DNA of 64,000 nt from Bacteroidales bacterium (GCA_023228145.1 JALOBU010000006.1:12398-76397); one strand, 5' to 3'; shown: positions 10,162 to 20,856, counted from the stretch's first letter. A program made the numbers and translations. Notes: a model not told the origin generated them from the sequence alone.

Positions 10162-10385
10162 AGTTGTTAATTAAATAAAGGCCTTTTATTTATAATACAT
10201 TCATAATGAATATAAATTTGTTCTGGCGATGCTTATCATACCCTTAAAAAAGGTGATACTTCCGGTTCTGATGTATTTTTGCTCAATCTGACCGTCAGGA
10301 AGTTATGGTCTTAACAGCACACAGGTTATTTTAATTTTTTTGGCATCTTAAAAATATAACATATTAAAAATTCAAAGGATTAAAG

Positions 10386-12038
10386 TTGAAAACGTTTTTC
10401 AGAGCAATTATCTTTTTAATACTTATTAATTGTTTTTGTTTTTGCGGCAACGACAGGAATAAAAAAGATTCACGTACTGTTTTTCGTTACAACGAATCTT
10501 CCGGGATTTCAACCCTTGACCCCGCTTTTGCCAAAGACCAGGCACATATCTGGGTATGCAATCAATTATATAACGGATTGGTGCAGCCTGATGATTCTAT
10601 GCACATCAAACCATGCATTGCAAAATCCTGGGAGGTTTCTGATGATGGGCTGACATATACTTTTATTTTACGTAAAGATGTTTTTTTTCACGACGATGTC
10701 GTTTTTTCATCCGGTAAGGGGCGCAGGGTGATGGCTGAAGATTTTGTGTATAGCTTTAGCCGTATTGCTGATGACAATGTGGCTTCGCCTGGAAGCTGGA
10801 TTTTTAATGATGTCTCAAGAGATTCATCAGGAAAGTGTATGTTTCTGGCATACAACGACACTACATTTGTTGTTAAGCTCCAGGAGCCTTTCCCCCCCTT
10901 TTTAAGCCTGCTCCAAATGCAGTATTGCTCTGTAATACCTCGCGAAGTTGTTGATTACTATGGGAAAGATTTTCGCAGCCATGCTGTAGGCACAGGGCCT
11001 TTCAGACTGAAAATGTGGAAGGAAAATCAGCGGCTGATACTTATAAAAAACGGCAACTATTTTGAAATAGAGTCTGGCCAGCGTCTTCCATACCTTGATG
11101 CAGTGTCCATTTCGTTTATTGCCGACAAACAATCGGCTTTTCTGGAGTTTGTCCGCGGAAATTTAGATTTTATGTCAGGAGTAGCACCAAGTTATATTGA
11201 CGAATTGATAAGCAAAAACGGTAATTTAAGCGGAAAGTATAAAGATAAAATCAACCTGACATTGCAGCCTTATTTAAATACGGAATACCTTGGTTTTATG
11301 GTGGATGAAAACCTTTCTGAGAACAAGAATAACCCGCTATTAAAAAAAGAAGTTCGGCAAGCTATTAATTATGGTTTTGACAGAAAGAAAATGATAAAAT
11401 ACCTTCGCAACAGCATAGGCACACCCGGAATATATGGAATAGTTCCTGTAGGTATACCTTACTATGATACAAGCCTGTATAAGAGATATACATACAATCC
11501 TGACAAGGCCAGAGAATTGCTTGCCATTGCAGGTTATCCCCATGGTAAAGGCCTTCCCGAAATCACTCTTTCAGCAACAGCTTCGTATCGTGACCTTTGC
11601 GAATATATTCAGCATCAGCTGGATGAAATAGGAATAAAAATCAAGGTTGACGAAAATCAACCCGCGATGCTTCGAGAAATGATAGCAAAATCCAAGGTGA
11701 GTTTTTTCAGGGCTTCATGGATTGCCGATTATCCTGATATGGAAAATTACCTCTCGTTGTTTTATTCGCCGAATTTTTGTCCGAAAGGGCCAAATTATAC
11801 CCATTTCTCTAACAAAAAATTTGATTCTCTTTTTGAGAAAGCAAGAACAATAAACAACGACAGCATACGTACCCGCTTGTATGCCGAAATGGATAATATC
11901 ATAATAGAGGAGGCCCCCGTAGTGGTTTTATATTATGATATGGTTCTCAGATTTACGCAAAAAAATATTTCAGGGCTGGGGAGCAACCCTATGAATTTGC
12001 TGATACTAAAGAGGGTTAAGAAAACAAAAACAATGTAA
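10386..12038 (+). CDS. ABC transporter substrate-binding protein, family 5 (peptide/nickel type), lipoprotein
   Basis: 550 aa. FRYNESSGISTLDPAFAKDQAHIWVCNQLYNGLV is typical of SBP_bac_5. The N-terminus is Cys-rich and lipobox-like. The start codon appears to be TTG, with no in-frame ATG nearby. Confidence 0.75.
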   Translation: MKTFFRAIIFLILINCFCFCGNDRNKKDSRTVFRYNESSGISTLDPAFAKDQAHIWVCNQLYNGLVQPDDSMHIKPCIAKSWEVSDDGLTYTFILRKDVFFHDDVVFSSGKGRRVMAEDFVYSFSRIADDNVASPGSWIFNDVSRDSSGKCMFLAYNDTTFVVKLQEPFPPFLSLLQMQYCSVIPREVVDYYGKDFRSHAVGTGPFRLKMWKENQRLILIKNGNYFEIESGQRLPYLDAVSISFIADKQSAFLEFVRGNLDFMSGVAPSYIDELISKNGNLSGKYKDKINLTLQPYLNTEYLGFMVDENLSENKNNPLLKKEVRQAINYGFDRKKMIKYLRNSIGTPGIYGIVPVGIPYYDTSLYKRYTYNPDKARELLAIAGYPHGKGLPEITLSATASYRDLCEYIQHQLDEIGIKIKVDENQPAMLREMIAKSKVSFFRASWIADYPDMENYLSLFYSPNFCPKGPNYTHFSNKKFDSLFEKARTINNDSIRTRLYAEMDNIIIEEAPVVVLYYDMVLRFTQKNISGLGSNPMNLLILKRVKKTKTM

Positions 12039-12078
12039 CAATCTTTTATATTGTTCCTGATTTTTAATGTTAACATAA

Positions 12079-13479
12079 TTATAAGAGATATTCATTTTCT
12101 TTTTCAGGAATAAAAATATTGCTGAAACGGTTTTCTTCAAGAATTCTTTTATAATCCATTATCACTTGTTCTTCGCCATGAACTAAAAACATTTTTTTGA
12201 TATTTTTCTTATCCTGGCAGCTCAGGTAAACTATCATTTCAGCATAATCGCCGTGAGCACTGAATTCTTCAAGAGATGTAATATCTGCCTTTACATCGTA
12301 AATATTGCCATGAATAGAAACCTGTTTGTCGCCGCGTTTTATCCTGGCACCTAAGGTTCTTGGTTCGCAGTAGCCGACAATTAATATGGTATTCTTTGGA
12401 TCGGAAATGTTGTTGGCCAGGTGGTGTTTTATGCGCCCGGCTTCCATCATGCCCGATGATGAAATGATAATACAGGGCTCTTTCAACTCGTTAAGTCTTT
12501 TGGAGTCTTCAACGGCCTGGATATATGTGAGGTTATTGAACCCGAAAGGGTCGGGGTCTTTTTCCATATTTTGCAATATCTCTTTGTTGAAGCATTCAGA
12601 GTGCATGCGGTAAATGTTGGTGGCGTTTACCGACAAAGGACTGTCAACAAAGGTTTTTATTTTTGGCAGGCGCCCTTCCCGCTCCAGTTGGTTGAGCGCA
12701 TACACAACTTCCTGTGTTCTGCCAACGCTGAAGGAAGGAATGATGAGCTTGCCCTTTTTATCCATGCAGGTGTATAGCACTGTTTTAAGAAGCTTGTTGT
12801 TAGCTTCTTTGCGTATTTCGTGCATCCTGTTGCCATATGTGGATTCGGTGATGATGATATCTGCCTGGGGAAAAGGTTGTGGTGTACGCAATATACTGTT
12901 GGTTTGCCTGCCGATATCACTGGTATAACAAAAATTTATCACCCTTTCATTTTCTTTGATAATAAGGTTTGTGGCAGCACTGCCTAATATATGTCCGGTA
13001 TCAGTAAAGGTAAGTTTAACATTGTCTGTAATGCGGAATTTTTGTCCATAAGCAATGCTGACAAAATACTGCATGCTTTTCATGGCATCTTTGGCTGTGT
13101 ATATGGGTTCTACAGGGGGTAAGCCTTTTTTTGCTAGTTTCTTGTTATAGGTTTTTGTATCATTTTCCTGTATTCTTCCCGAATCCTGTAACATTATAGC
13201 ACACAAGTCCCGAGTGGCATGGGTGCATATTATCATGCCTTCAAAACCCTGTTTTACAATGTAAGGAATAAGCCCTGAATGGTCAATGTGAGCATGGGAG
13301 AGTATCAGATAATCAATATCTTTTGGGTTAAAACCCAGGTTACGGTTCATTCGGTCTGTTTCTTCGCCTTTGCCCTGAAACATGCCGCAATCAAGCAGTA
13401 TTTTTTTTCCATCATCTGTAGTTATCAAATGTTTACTGCCTGTTACTTCTTTTGCCGCGCCCAGAAAAGTAATTTTCAT
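12079..13479 (-). CDS. MBL-fold metallo-hydrolase of the beta-CASP (RNA-metabolising) type
   Basis: 466 aa. The HAHIDHSG metallo-beta-lactamase motif, a beta-CASP-like middle region and the C-terminal SAHGD motif are present. Confidence 0.8.
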   Translation of the reverse strand: MKITFLGAAKEVTGSKHLITTDDGKKILLDCGMFQGKGEETDRMNRNLGFNPKDIDYLILSHAHIDHSGLIPYIVKQGFEGMIICTHATRDLCAIMLQDSGRIQENDTKTYNKKLAKKGLPPVEPIYTAKDAMKSMQYFVSIAYGQKFRITDNVKLTFTDTGHILGSAATNLIIKENERVINFCYTSDIGRQTNSILRTPQPFPQADIIITESTYGNRMHEIRKEANNKLLKTVLYTCMDKKGKLIIPSFSVGRTQEVVYALNQLEREGRLPKIKTFVDSPLSVNATNIYRMHSECFNKEILQNMEKDPDPFGFNNLTYIQAVEDSKRLNELKEPCIIISSSGMMEAGRIKHHLANNISDPKNTILIVGYCEPRTLGARIKRGDKQVSIHGNIYDVKADITSLEEFSAHGDYAEMIVYLSCQDKKNIKKMFLVHGEEQVIMDYKRILEENRFSNIFIPEKENEYLL

Positions 13480-13508
13480 AGCTTATATATTTATTGAAAT
13501 TATAAAAT

Positions 13509-13540
13509 AAAAAAACCCGATACCTGGTACCGGGTTTTAG
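13509..13540 (-). terminator. Intrinsic terminator after the BNR/T9SS gene
   Basis: The minus strand reads aaacccg-gtaccaggta-tcgggttt followed by a T-run. Confidence 0.7.
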
Positions 13541-13556
13541 TAATTATATAATTGTA

Positions 13557-15449
13557 TTATTCAACAATAATTTTTTTAGTGATTCTTTCGTTGGCTGCTT
13601 CAACAGTGAAGAAATAGATGCCGGAATTCAGGCTCTTAATATTCATGCTGAGTGTATGGTTCCCGTTGATAAGTTTGCCGTAGGTTTTACTAATAACTTC
13701 CTGGCCGACAAGGTTGGTAACAGTAACTTTTACATCCGAACTTTTTTCAAGGTTCAGGTTGATATTAGTATAATCTGAACTTGGATTCGGGTAAATGTTC
13801 ATATTGATGTTGTTGCTGATATTTTCTTTCACACCGATGGCGGTGCCCACATCAGTTTTCATCAGGTTGGTATAATAAATATAATTGTCGCCATAGGCGG
13901 TTTCGTCGCCTCTTACAGCTAAGCCTACGATTACATCGGCCTGGTAAACGATGTGTAATTTATCGTCCATTGTAAATGACATGGACCCGAAAACACATTC
14001 ATCAAAATCGTGGAGGAATCCGGCATTTATATCTGTTGCATCCGACCAAGCGCCGTCATATTTAACCACATAAAGATGCCTGTATATCTGTCCGCCGTCG
14101 GGAGTAAGTCTGTCTTCGCGGCAGGAAGAGTAACTGATATACATAGTTCCATCATCATCTATATTTAGATGCGGAAAACTTGAGAGTGAAACATAATAAG
14201 TTCCGATAGCCCAGTCGCCGGAGGGTGTTGGAAATTCAATTTCTCCGCTGCCATCGTAATCAATCATATATCCTGCTAACATCCCGTTGTTGAATAAACC
14301 GTCAGGGTCACCTAATGCTGTAGAATCTAACACGGCCATATCTTCATTCCAGTAAACCAATCCATCAGTATAAGGGTAGAAAGATGACTGATCATCGCTA
14401 GCGTTATCATCTGATACTCTCATTATACCAAAGACAGCGTGGGCTTTGCCTGTTGAATCCAGTGCTAGTGCGTAACATCCGTCAGTTGTTGGAATGATAG
14501 GTGTGGGAATGGTAATGCCTGAGGGGAAATTATAGACGGGGATTTTTGTCCAGGTGTCTCCGCCGTCCGGTGATTTCATAATAAAAGTATTTGTCCAACT
14601 TTCACCAACAATAAATGCAATTTTTCCGTTTTTGGGATCTGCCCAGGAATAACTGTCACCACCAAAACCCTTACTGAATTCCGTAACTACTGAGGCTGAA
14701 TCCATTCCCGGAAGTATCCTGGGAGCATCCCATGTAGTTCCGCCATCCACTGACCTGATATATACCAATGCAAGAGATAATCCTTCATAGTACCAGTAGG
14801 TTCCGGTCGTGGTTGGTTGATCGGTGCAAGCAATGATGTGAATAGTGTCTCCTACAGTTATCATGCGGGGCCATAATAATGCGGTTTTGTCCGATCCACC
14901 AGTGGTTGCAGGGCCAACAAGGGTTGATTCTGTCCATGCACCTGTCCCTTTTGGTGTGCGTTTTGAGATTGTAAGGCCGGTGCTACCATTATGGCTAACA
15001 ACTATTTCCCCATTGGTTCCCAAGGGGGCATATGAGGGCCATCCGCTCCTTACAGTTTCTACCCTTTCAGTTGGCTGAGCTCCCCAGTTTGTAAGGTCAT
15101 AATAATTGTATCCTGTACCCCTGTCAGCAAACGATTCTTCTGTCATTCCGTAGTTATATGTAGCGCCAATAGTGCCATCATCATGCAGATAAATTCTGTT
15201 TTGTACAGAAGAATTTGACTGCAGGTCATACTTTGTTATACCGATAATAACTTCATTGATGGCTTTTGATGGCCTGGGTGTAACAGTTGGGTTTACTTCT
15301 GTACTGAAGTTTGTAAACTCATGAATGGCGCCATTTACCTTGGTTACTTTAAGGTATTTTAAAGCTGGGTCAATTTTTGCAGGAATATGCTGTGCCATGA
15401 CTGTGAAGCTAAAAATCAAAGCTACTGCTAATAATAAAACTTTTTTCAT
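13557..15449 (-). CDS. BNR/Asp-box repeat protein (sialidase-like beta-propeller) with T9SS CTD
   Basis: 630 aa with a signal peptide. Asp-box-like repeats are SVDGGTTWD and SPDGGDTWT. The C-terminal CTD is IYPNPSSDYTNINL...GIYFFTVEAANERITKKIIVE. Confidence 0.7.
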   Translation of the reverse strand: MKKVLLLAVALIFSFTVMAQHIPAKIDPALKYLKVTKVNGAIHEFTNFSTEVNPTVTPRPSKAINEVIIGITKYDLQSNSSVQNRIYLHDDGTIGATYNYGMTEESFADRGTGYNYYDLTNWGAQPTERVETVRSGWPSYAPLGTNGEIVVSHNGSTGLTISKRTPKGTGAWTESTLVGPATTGGSDKTALLWPRMITVGDTIHIIACTDQPTTTGTYWYYEGLSLALVYIRSVDGGTTWDAPRILPGMDSASVVTEFSKGFGGDSYSWADPKNGKIAFIVGESWTNTFIMKSPDGGDTWTKIPVYNFPSGITIPTPIIPTTDGCYALALDSTGKAHAVFGIMRVSDDNASDDQSSFYPYTDGLVYWNEDMAVLDSTALGDPDGLFNNGMLAGYMIDYDGSGEIEFPTPSGDWAIGTYYVSLSSFPHLNIDDDGTMYISYSSCREDRLTPDGGQIYRHLYVVKYDGAWSDATDINAGFLHDFDECVFGSMSFTMDDKLHIVYQADVIVGLAVRGDETAYGDNYIYYTNLMKTDVGTAIGVKENISNNINMNIYPNPSSDYTNINLNLEKSSDVKVTVTNLVGQEVISKTYGKLINGNHTLSMNIKSLNSGIYFFTVEAANERITKKIIVE

Positions 15450-15504
15450 ACTTCTTTGGTTTTGATTAATAATTATATTTTATTGTTTATAAATTTTTTG
15501 CTTA

Positions 15505-15512
15505 CAAATTTA
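15505..15512 (-). promoter_or_regulatory. -7 promoter box (TAAATTTG on minus strand)
   Basis: Plus-strand caaattta, about 56 nt upstream of the ATG at 15449. Confidence 0.4.
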
Positions 15513-15562
15513 AAAAAAATATCCAAATACAAAAATCAAAAAGGTTATTTTATGAAAGTTTC

Positions 15563-17620
15563 TTAATTGATATCCGGTAAAAATGAATAATTCTTCGAAT
15601 AATACAGCATCTGTTCGGTAAAATCGTCCGGGTATTCAACTTTAACATCAATGATTTCATTATTTTTCATAACCGGTTTCAGTATAGGATTAATAAATCC
15701 TGCATAGGGGGCAAGTTTAAGCTTTTCATAGCGTTCTTTTACTTCTTTATGAAGAACAGGATCAATCTTGATGGCATATTTTTCAACCAATTCTTTACCT
15801 GCATTGAAATCTCCTTCCGATTTTATTCGTTGTATTTCTTTCAGCAGTTCTCCAAAAAGTGAGCGGAGCTTGTCATAATCGTTGATAGTATAAAAGGTTT
15901 TCCCTTCTTTGGTTTTCTTTTCGATAACTTTGTCTTTCTCTCCCTTTTCAAAAACCCATTTAGAAATAAGCTGACGGTTGCGCATGTGGGCCTGTTCTAT
16001 GTCTTTGCCTAATTCTATTCTGACCAGTTGTGTCATCAATCCATTGCGGATATATGTGTCGTATTCTGCTTTAGCAACATCAAGATTGGGCATAAGTTTC
16101 AGGTCAACCATTTTCTGGTCCATGATAAAATAAAGTGCAAAAAGGTCGGCGCGTGATTCTTCAAGTGCTGAATGATAATTTTTCATTGCTTCGGAACTAA
16201 CCCCCGGAAGCAATTGTCCGGAGCCATGACCGACACATTCATGCATATCAGTATTCAGGTTGCCGGCAAGATAGCCGTATTTTTTTGCACGGTCAATTTC
16301 TTCCTGCGAATAACAGAATTCTTCAAGGGAACCACCTCCTAATGATGACTGATCGTAGGAGTACATGATGTTGTCCATGGTTACCGATTTTGACCCGTGT
16401 TGTTTTCTTATCCAGTTGGCATTGGGCAGGTTGATGCCGATAGGAGTGCTTGGATGACATTCGCCGCCAAGTTGGACGACAGTTATTACTTTTGCTGAAA
16501 CACCCTTAACTTCTTTCTTTTTAAAACGTGGATCAACAGGTGAATTGTCTTCAAACCATTGTGCATTCTGGCTTATTGTTTCGGCTCGTTTTGTTGCTTC
16601 CACATCTTTGAAATTGACGACTGATTCCCATGTTGCTTTCATACCCAATGGATCGCCGTAAACTTCTATGAATCCATTCACATAATCGACTGACGATGCC
16701 AGGTCTTTTACCCATAGCACATTATAATCGTCCCATGTTTTCAGATCACCGGTTTTGTAATATTCAATAAGTTTTTCAAAACCTGCTTCCTGGTCTTTAT
16801 TTTCAGCGACTGTTTTTGCCTGTTCAAGCCAGTAAACGATTTTTTCAATGGCAGGTGAGTACATCCCTCCGATTTTATAAACTTTTTCTGTTATTTTATT
16901 GTTTTCTTTGACCAGTTTTGAGTTGAGTCCATAAGATACAGGAGTTTCAGCTTTTTCATCTTTAATACGTTCATAAAATTTTTCAACTTCATGCTGTGAA
17001 ATATTTTCATAAAAATTGCAGGCCGAGTTTGTTATCAGGTCTTTGGAAGGGTCAAGGTTGATGCGCTTGGGGTATAATGCCGGATCGAAAATAATGGGGA
17101 CGATGGTTTCAAGAAATTGGTCAAGGTTTTCATTTTCCTTTAAAGGAAATTTTCCATCGGGAGAATTTTTAACGAGCTCTTTAAAATAACTTTCACTGAA
17201 TTCAGGAAGAAACTTATCACTGGAATAATGATGATGTATGCCATTGCAGAACCAAACTCTTTTGGTATAAAGCATAAACTTTTCGAAATCTTCTGATTTA
17301 CGGTCGCCGGTGTATTTATCAATGATGGCTTCCAGAGTCCGGCGGATGACAAGGTTGTATTTGAAATTTTGGTCATAAATGATATCGCGCCCGCACAAGG
17401 CAGCCTGGCTAAGGTAATATAATAGTTTTTTCTGGTTTAGCGATAAGCTGTTAAAGCCCGGAATTTGATATCGAAGTATTTTGACGTCGGCAAATTGCTC
17501 TGTTTTGTATTTGAAAGTATCGGTTTGTTCATCACCGGAGGTTTTGTTTTTCTGGTTGCAACTTACATATACCGTTGCCATTGCTAAAATGCTCATAATA
17601 ATCAGATTTCTGGTTTTCAT
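15563..17620 (-). CDS. Dipeptidyl-peptidase III (peptidase family M49), lipoprotein
   Basis: 685 aa. The M49 zinc motifs HECVGHGSG (HExxGH) and EESRADL (EExR/KAE/D) are present, with the lipoprotein signal ...ATVYVSCNQ. Confidence 0.85.
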   Translation of the reverse strand: MKTRNLIIMSILAMATVYVSCNQKNKTSGDEQTDTFKYKTEQFADVKILRYQIPGFNSLSLNQKKLLYYLSQAALCGRDIIYDQNFKYNLVIRRTLEAIIDKYTGDRKSEDFEKFMLYTKRVWFCNGIHHHYSSDKFLPEFSESYFKELVKNSPDGKFPLKENENLDQFLETIVPIIFDPALYPKRINLDPSKDLITNSACNFYENISQHEVEKFYERIKDEKAETPVSYGLNSKLVKENNKITEKVYKIGGMYSPAIEKIVYWLEQAKTVAENKDQEAGFEKLIEYYKTGDLKTWDDYNVLWVKDLASSVDYVNGFIEVYGDPLGMKATWESVVNFKDVEATKRAETISQNAQWFEDNSPVDPRFKKKEVKGVSAKVITVVQLGGECHPSTPIGINLPNANWIRKQHGSKSVTMDNIMYSYDQSSLGGGSLEEFCYSQEEIDRAKKYGYLAGNLNTDMHECVGHGSGQLLPGVSSEAMKNYHSALEESRADLFALYFIMDQKMVDLKLMPNLDVAKAEYDTYIRNGLMTQLVRIELGKDIEQAHMRNRQLISKWVFEKGEKDKVIEKKTKEGKTFYTINDYDKLRSLFGELLKEIQRIKSEGDFNAGKELVEKYAIKIDPVLHKEVKERYEKLKLAPYAGFINPILKPVMKNNEIIDVKVEYPDDFTEQMLYYSKNYSFLPDIN

Positions 17621-17710
17621 AATTTGTGTTTTTTAAAATACAAACCTATCTTTTTTTTCTGAGACAGGCAAGTTTTTTATGAAGGATATTTTATTTACGG
17701 TTTGGAAAAA

Positions 17711-18700
17711 TTATTCAGGGTTAGGCCTTCCAACAGGCTTTCCTGTTTTCCATAATTTTTCATTGGCTTTGAGCTCTTTCTTATGTTTTTTTGATATTTC
17801 TTTATTTTCCAGACGGCTCAAATCGGGCTGGCCTGCGTTAACCCAGGCTGTGTACCATAAACTGGCAACAGCAAATACAGCACGCTGCATCCTTCGTTCT
17901 ACCATGTTGTGTGTGAGCTTTACAAACTCCAGGGTATATTCACGTGAAAATTGCCGGGACATTGTATTTCCTTTTTCTTCAAAAACGTATTTTTTATCTT
18001 CGGGGAAATGACTACGTAAGTGATTGTCCATAGAAAAAATAGTGTCAACGGCATAATGGCTTTCTTTAACCAGTAGCCAGGCAAATTCCGTTGGTTTTTC
18101 AACATATGTTGCCTTTCCAACAAGATAGTTGTAAGTATCAGCAAAAAGTTCCGGGATACGTGTTTCCCAAAAAGCATGTATCCCTTTTTGCTCAAAGCTT
18201 TTTCCATCATACCATTGCGAAGTATGCAAGGGTGTGCAGGCGTCTGCTATATAATGACCGAAATTGGAAGCAAGGTAAAGTATCCTGTCAAGGTCTTCAT
18301 CTTTAAAAGCTTGGGTCAGAGAAAAAAGCATATTATTAATCCACCAGGGATTAATGCCGTATTCTTTTAGGGTGTCTTCTGTATATTTTTTAACTGCATC
18401 TTTCCAGTAGTGAGGAACGCTGTCGAAAGGGTTTTCGCCATAATGGTCGATGTCAATATAATGTTTTATGTCTTCTCCCGGAACTGCCCTGGAGCGCTTA
18501 TCAGGGTCAATAGCGTGCTCGCTTAAGTATTCAATATGTTTTTTGAAGAAATTTATCATATCAGGCGGCAGGCAGAAAACAGCCATGCGGTTTATTTTTT
18601 TATGGGCATAAAACCCAAAAGAATATGCTTCTTTTTTTATGAAAAAAGACACAAAAAGCAAGGAAATGATTAATAGGGCATATCTTTTTTTATTCATCAT
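17711..18700 (-). CDS. Zinc-dependent phospholipase C-like / S1-P1 nuclease-like family protein
   Basis: About 330 aa counted from MMNKKRYALLIISLL, which is the signal peptide. It is His/Asp-rich (FGFYAHKKINRMAV, HYIDIDHY, FGHYIADACTPLH). The start was chosen to avoid a long overlap with the upstream gene. Confidence 0.55.
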   Translation of the reverse strand: MMNKKRYALLIISLLFVSFFIKKEAYSFGFYAHKKINRMAVFCLPPDMINFFKKHIEYLSEHAIDPDKRSRAVPGEDIKHYIDIDHYGENPFDSVPHYWKDAVKKYTEDTLKEYGINPWWINNMLFSLTQAFKDEDLDRILYLASNFGHYIADACTPLHTSQWYDGKSFEQKGIHAFWETRIPELFADTYNYLVGKATYVEKPTEFAWLLVKESHYAVDTIFSMDNHLRSHFPEDKKYVFEEKGNTMSRQFSREYTLEFVKLTHNMVERRMQRAVFAVASLWYTAWVNAGQPDLSRLENKEISKKHKKELKANEKLWKTGKPVGRPNPE

Positions 18701-19415
18701 CTGAGCAAATGATTTTCTCGCCTGCAAGAAATGGCAATTTTTTTGTTTTATCAAAAGTAAAACAATAATCCAATACGTCATCCAATTTCAGATTTTGCAG
18801 CCGCTGACGGTGTGAAAATTTTTCACTGTATGCCATGAGATTGCTTTTTGCATTGTCCCATAAATCAATAGCTGCATGGGTAGCATCGCAGTTTGTAATG
18901 AAAGCACCTGATGCCATGAGTTTTGCTGCTACAGCACCGGCAAAAAGCGTATCTTCAAGGTTAAAATGGTTTTTCCATCCCGAGCAAAACAACATGATGT
19001 CACGTTTATCTTTTAAGAGACGATTACATAATTGTGTAAAATTCAGAAATGCGCCAAACAAAAGACGATGACAGCCATTAGTTTGCCGGACAGCTTTTGT
19101 GCCATTGGTTGTGCTGTATGCTATTGTTTGGCCTCTGATGCCATCATTCATGAAATTAAAAGGTGAATTTCCGAAATCAGCAAAATCAAGTATTTTTCCA
19201 TCACGTTCGCCTGCAACAATGAATCCCTTTTGTTTATATGCTTTTGCTTCTTCTTCCGAACTTACAGGTATCATTTCCTTTACACCCCATTCAAAAGCCG
19301 TGCAGATACTCGAAGTAGCCCTCAGAATATCAGAAAGTACAATGTTTTTATTGGTGAGATCAAAATGCTCAATAAGAGCGGGGGAGAGGCAAACCTCAAT
19401 ATTAGGTTGTGACAT
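18690..19415 (-). CDS. comB: 2-phosphosulfolactate phosphatase (ComB family)
   Basis: 241 aa. The overall pattern (VCLSPALI..., VLSDILRATSSI, AGERDG, FGNSP) matches the ComB family. Confidence 0.7.
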   Translation of the reverse strand: MSQPNIEVCLSPALIEHFDLTNKNIVLSDILRATSSICTAFEWGVKEMIPVSSEEEAKAYKQKGFIVAGERDGKILDFADFGNSPFNFMNDGIRGQTIAYSTTNGTKAVRQTNGCHRLLFGAFLNFTQLCNRLLKDKRDIMLFCSGWKNHFNLEDTLFAGAVAAKLMASGAFITNCDATHAAIDLWDNAKSNLMAYSEKFSHRQRLQNLKLDDVLDYCFTFDKTKKLPFLAGEKIICSDDE

Positions 19416-19516
19416 TTTTATATGATGAAAGACAAAGGTAGATATTTTTTTGAAGCAGGGCAGGTGGCTATTAGTAAGATAGTGATAGGTTATTAAGAAG
19501 TAAGAGCTTTTACAGG

Positions 19517-20026
19517 CTATTTTCTTCTGACAGCGTATATTAATTCATCAAGCAGTTCGCCGTTTTTTAGCACCGTTTTTTCGAACCTTGCTTCGAGCTT
19601 AAACCCTGCTTTTTCGAGGGTTTTATGCGATGCATGATTCGTTCCGAAGGGTTTTGCGTAAATTCTGTTAATATCGGGGAGCTTTTCAAAGGCCTGTTGC
19701 ACGATTTCTTTTATGGCCATCGTCATAATACCACGGCCCCAGTAGTTTTCACTCAACCAATAGCCAAGTTCGGCATTTTTTTTCATGATATCTTTTTGCG
19801 GGCTGATACCGATGCCTCCCACTGCCTGCCCGTCAATTTCTATGGCTAAGAAAAGTATTGTTCTGTCAGTAGTGGCAAATTCCAGGAATGACTTCCATTT
19901 TTCAATGCTGCATGGAAACCCGTCTGACATGAATTTACTGATATTGGCGTTGTTGGCGTAATGTGCCACACACTCCAAATCACTTGTTTCCCATGGCCTT
20001 AATATGAAATCCATTATTTTAAACAA
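19517..20026 (-). CDS. GNAT family N-acetyltransferase (RimJ/RimL-like)
   Basis: 169 aa. LRPWETSDLE..., the acetyl-CoA motif YWGRGIMTMAIKEIV and the C-terminal NHASHKTLEKAGFKLE are present. Confidence 0.8.
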   Translation of the reverse strand: MFKIMDFILRPWETSDLECVAHYANNANISKFMSDGFPCSIEKWKSFLEFATTDRTILFLAIEIDGQAVGGIGISPQKDIMKKNAELGYWLSENYWGRGIMTMAIKEIVQQAFEKLPDINRIYAKPFGTNHASHKTLEKAGFKLEARFEKTVLKNGELLDELIYAVRRK

Positions 20027-20203
20027 TTTAGGGTTGTGTTGATAGAGGTCAAGAGAGTTTCAAAATTGTGTCAATGATTTTGATTTATATCATATAAAAA
20101 ATGACAGATCGTTATTTAAAATATTTGCTATACATTAATATTATTGGGTTGCAGAACGCCTAATATATGACGTGTCTTGATATATGCAAATTTCAAAGGG
20201 TTT

Positions 20204-20734
20204 TTATTTTCTATCGAAGAACGGGTTTTTTGATGTAGCTGTCAGAGGGATGCATAAAACTACTTCAGCTTCTTCTCCCAGTAATTTCATTTCTTTCACA
20301 GCCATGCCTGCGGTGTACATTACGCGGTTGTCAATATGATGTGCCGCTGCTATGCTCACGGCTGAGCCGATGGCGATGCCGAGGTCATTGACGTTAAATG
20401 CGCAGGGATGAGCCGGATGTTTTCTTTTCTCTTCACAATTGGCAAATCCGCAGAGGCCGCAATATGGAAGATTGGTTGTGTTTATCTTTGCCGCCAGCAT
20501 AAGCATGTATGGAGCCATAAGGATGTTTTCAGCATCTCGCAGAAAAAAAGCAGCATCAATTCGTTTGCCTATTTCTTTCATTTTTCCGGAAATCTTTTCA
20601 ATGTCTTCTTTTTCAGCAATAGCAAAAATAAGATTGTTGTTACCTCTAGCTTTGGGAGCGGTACGTGCAGCTGCAAGCATTTTTTCGGCAACATCCCTTA
20701 TAATGTTGTTTATTATTTCTTCTTCTCTGAGCAT
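20204..20734 (-). CDS. DUF2148-type ferredoxin-domain protein
   Basis: 176 aa. The Cys cluster LPYCGLCGFANCEE and the nitroreductase-like flanks resemble DUF2148 proteins. Confidence 0.55.
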   Translation of the reverse strand: MLREEEIINNIIRDVAEKMLAAARTAPKARGNNNLIFAIAEKEDIEKISGKMKEIGKRIDAAFFLRDAENILMAPYMLMLAAKINTTNLPYCGLCGFANCEEKRKHPAHPCAFNVNDLGIAIGSAVSIAAAHHIDNRVMYTAGMAVKEMKLLGEEAEVVLCIPLTATSKNPFFDRK

Positions 20735-20856
20735 AATATTTAATTTGAAAATGTGTTTAATAAATTGATTTGAAAATGGCTTGGTGTTGGTTTTTAATAG
20801 TGCATTATTTCTTAAACTTTTTATTACTTCACCTAACCACCCTTAGCACCTATCAC

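Noticed and set aside
12067-12076. ATGTTAACAT palindrome as a third copy of the TTGTTAACAA operator
   Set aside because: It shares only the 8-bp core TGTTAACA, which by my estimate is expected about twice by chance in 64 kb of this composition. It also lies between convergent gene ends, where a weak terminator hairpin is the simpler reading.
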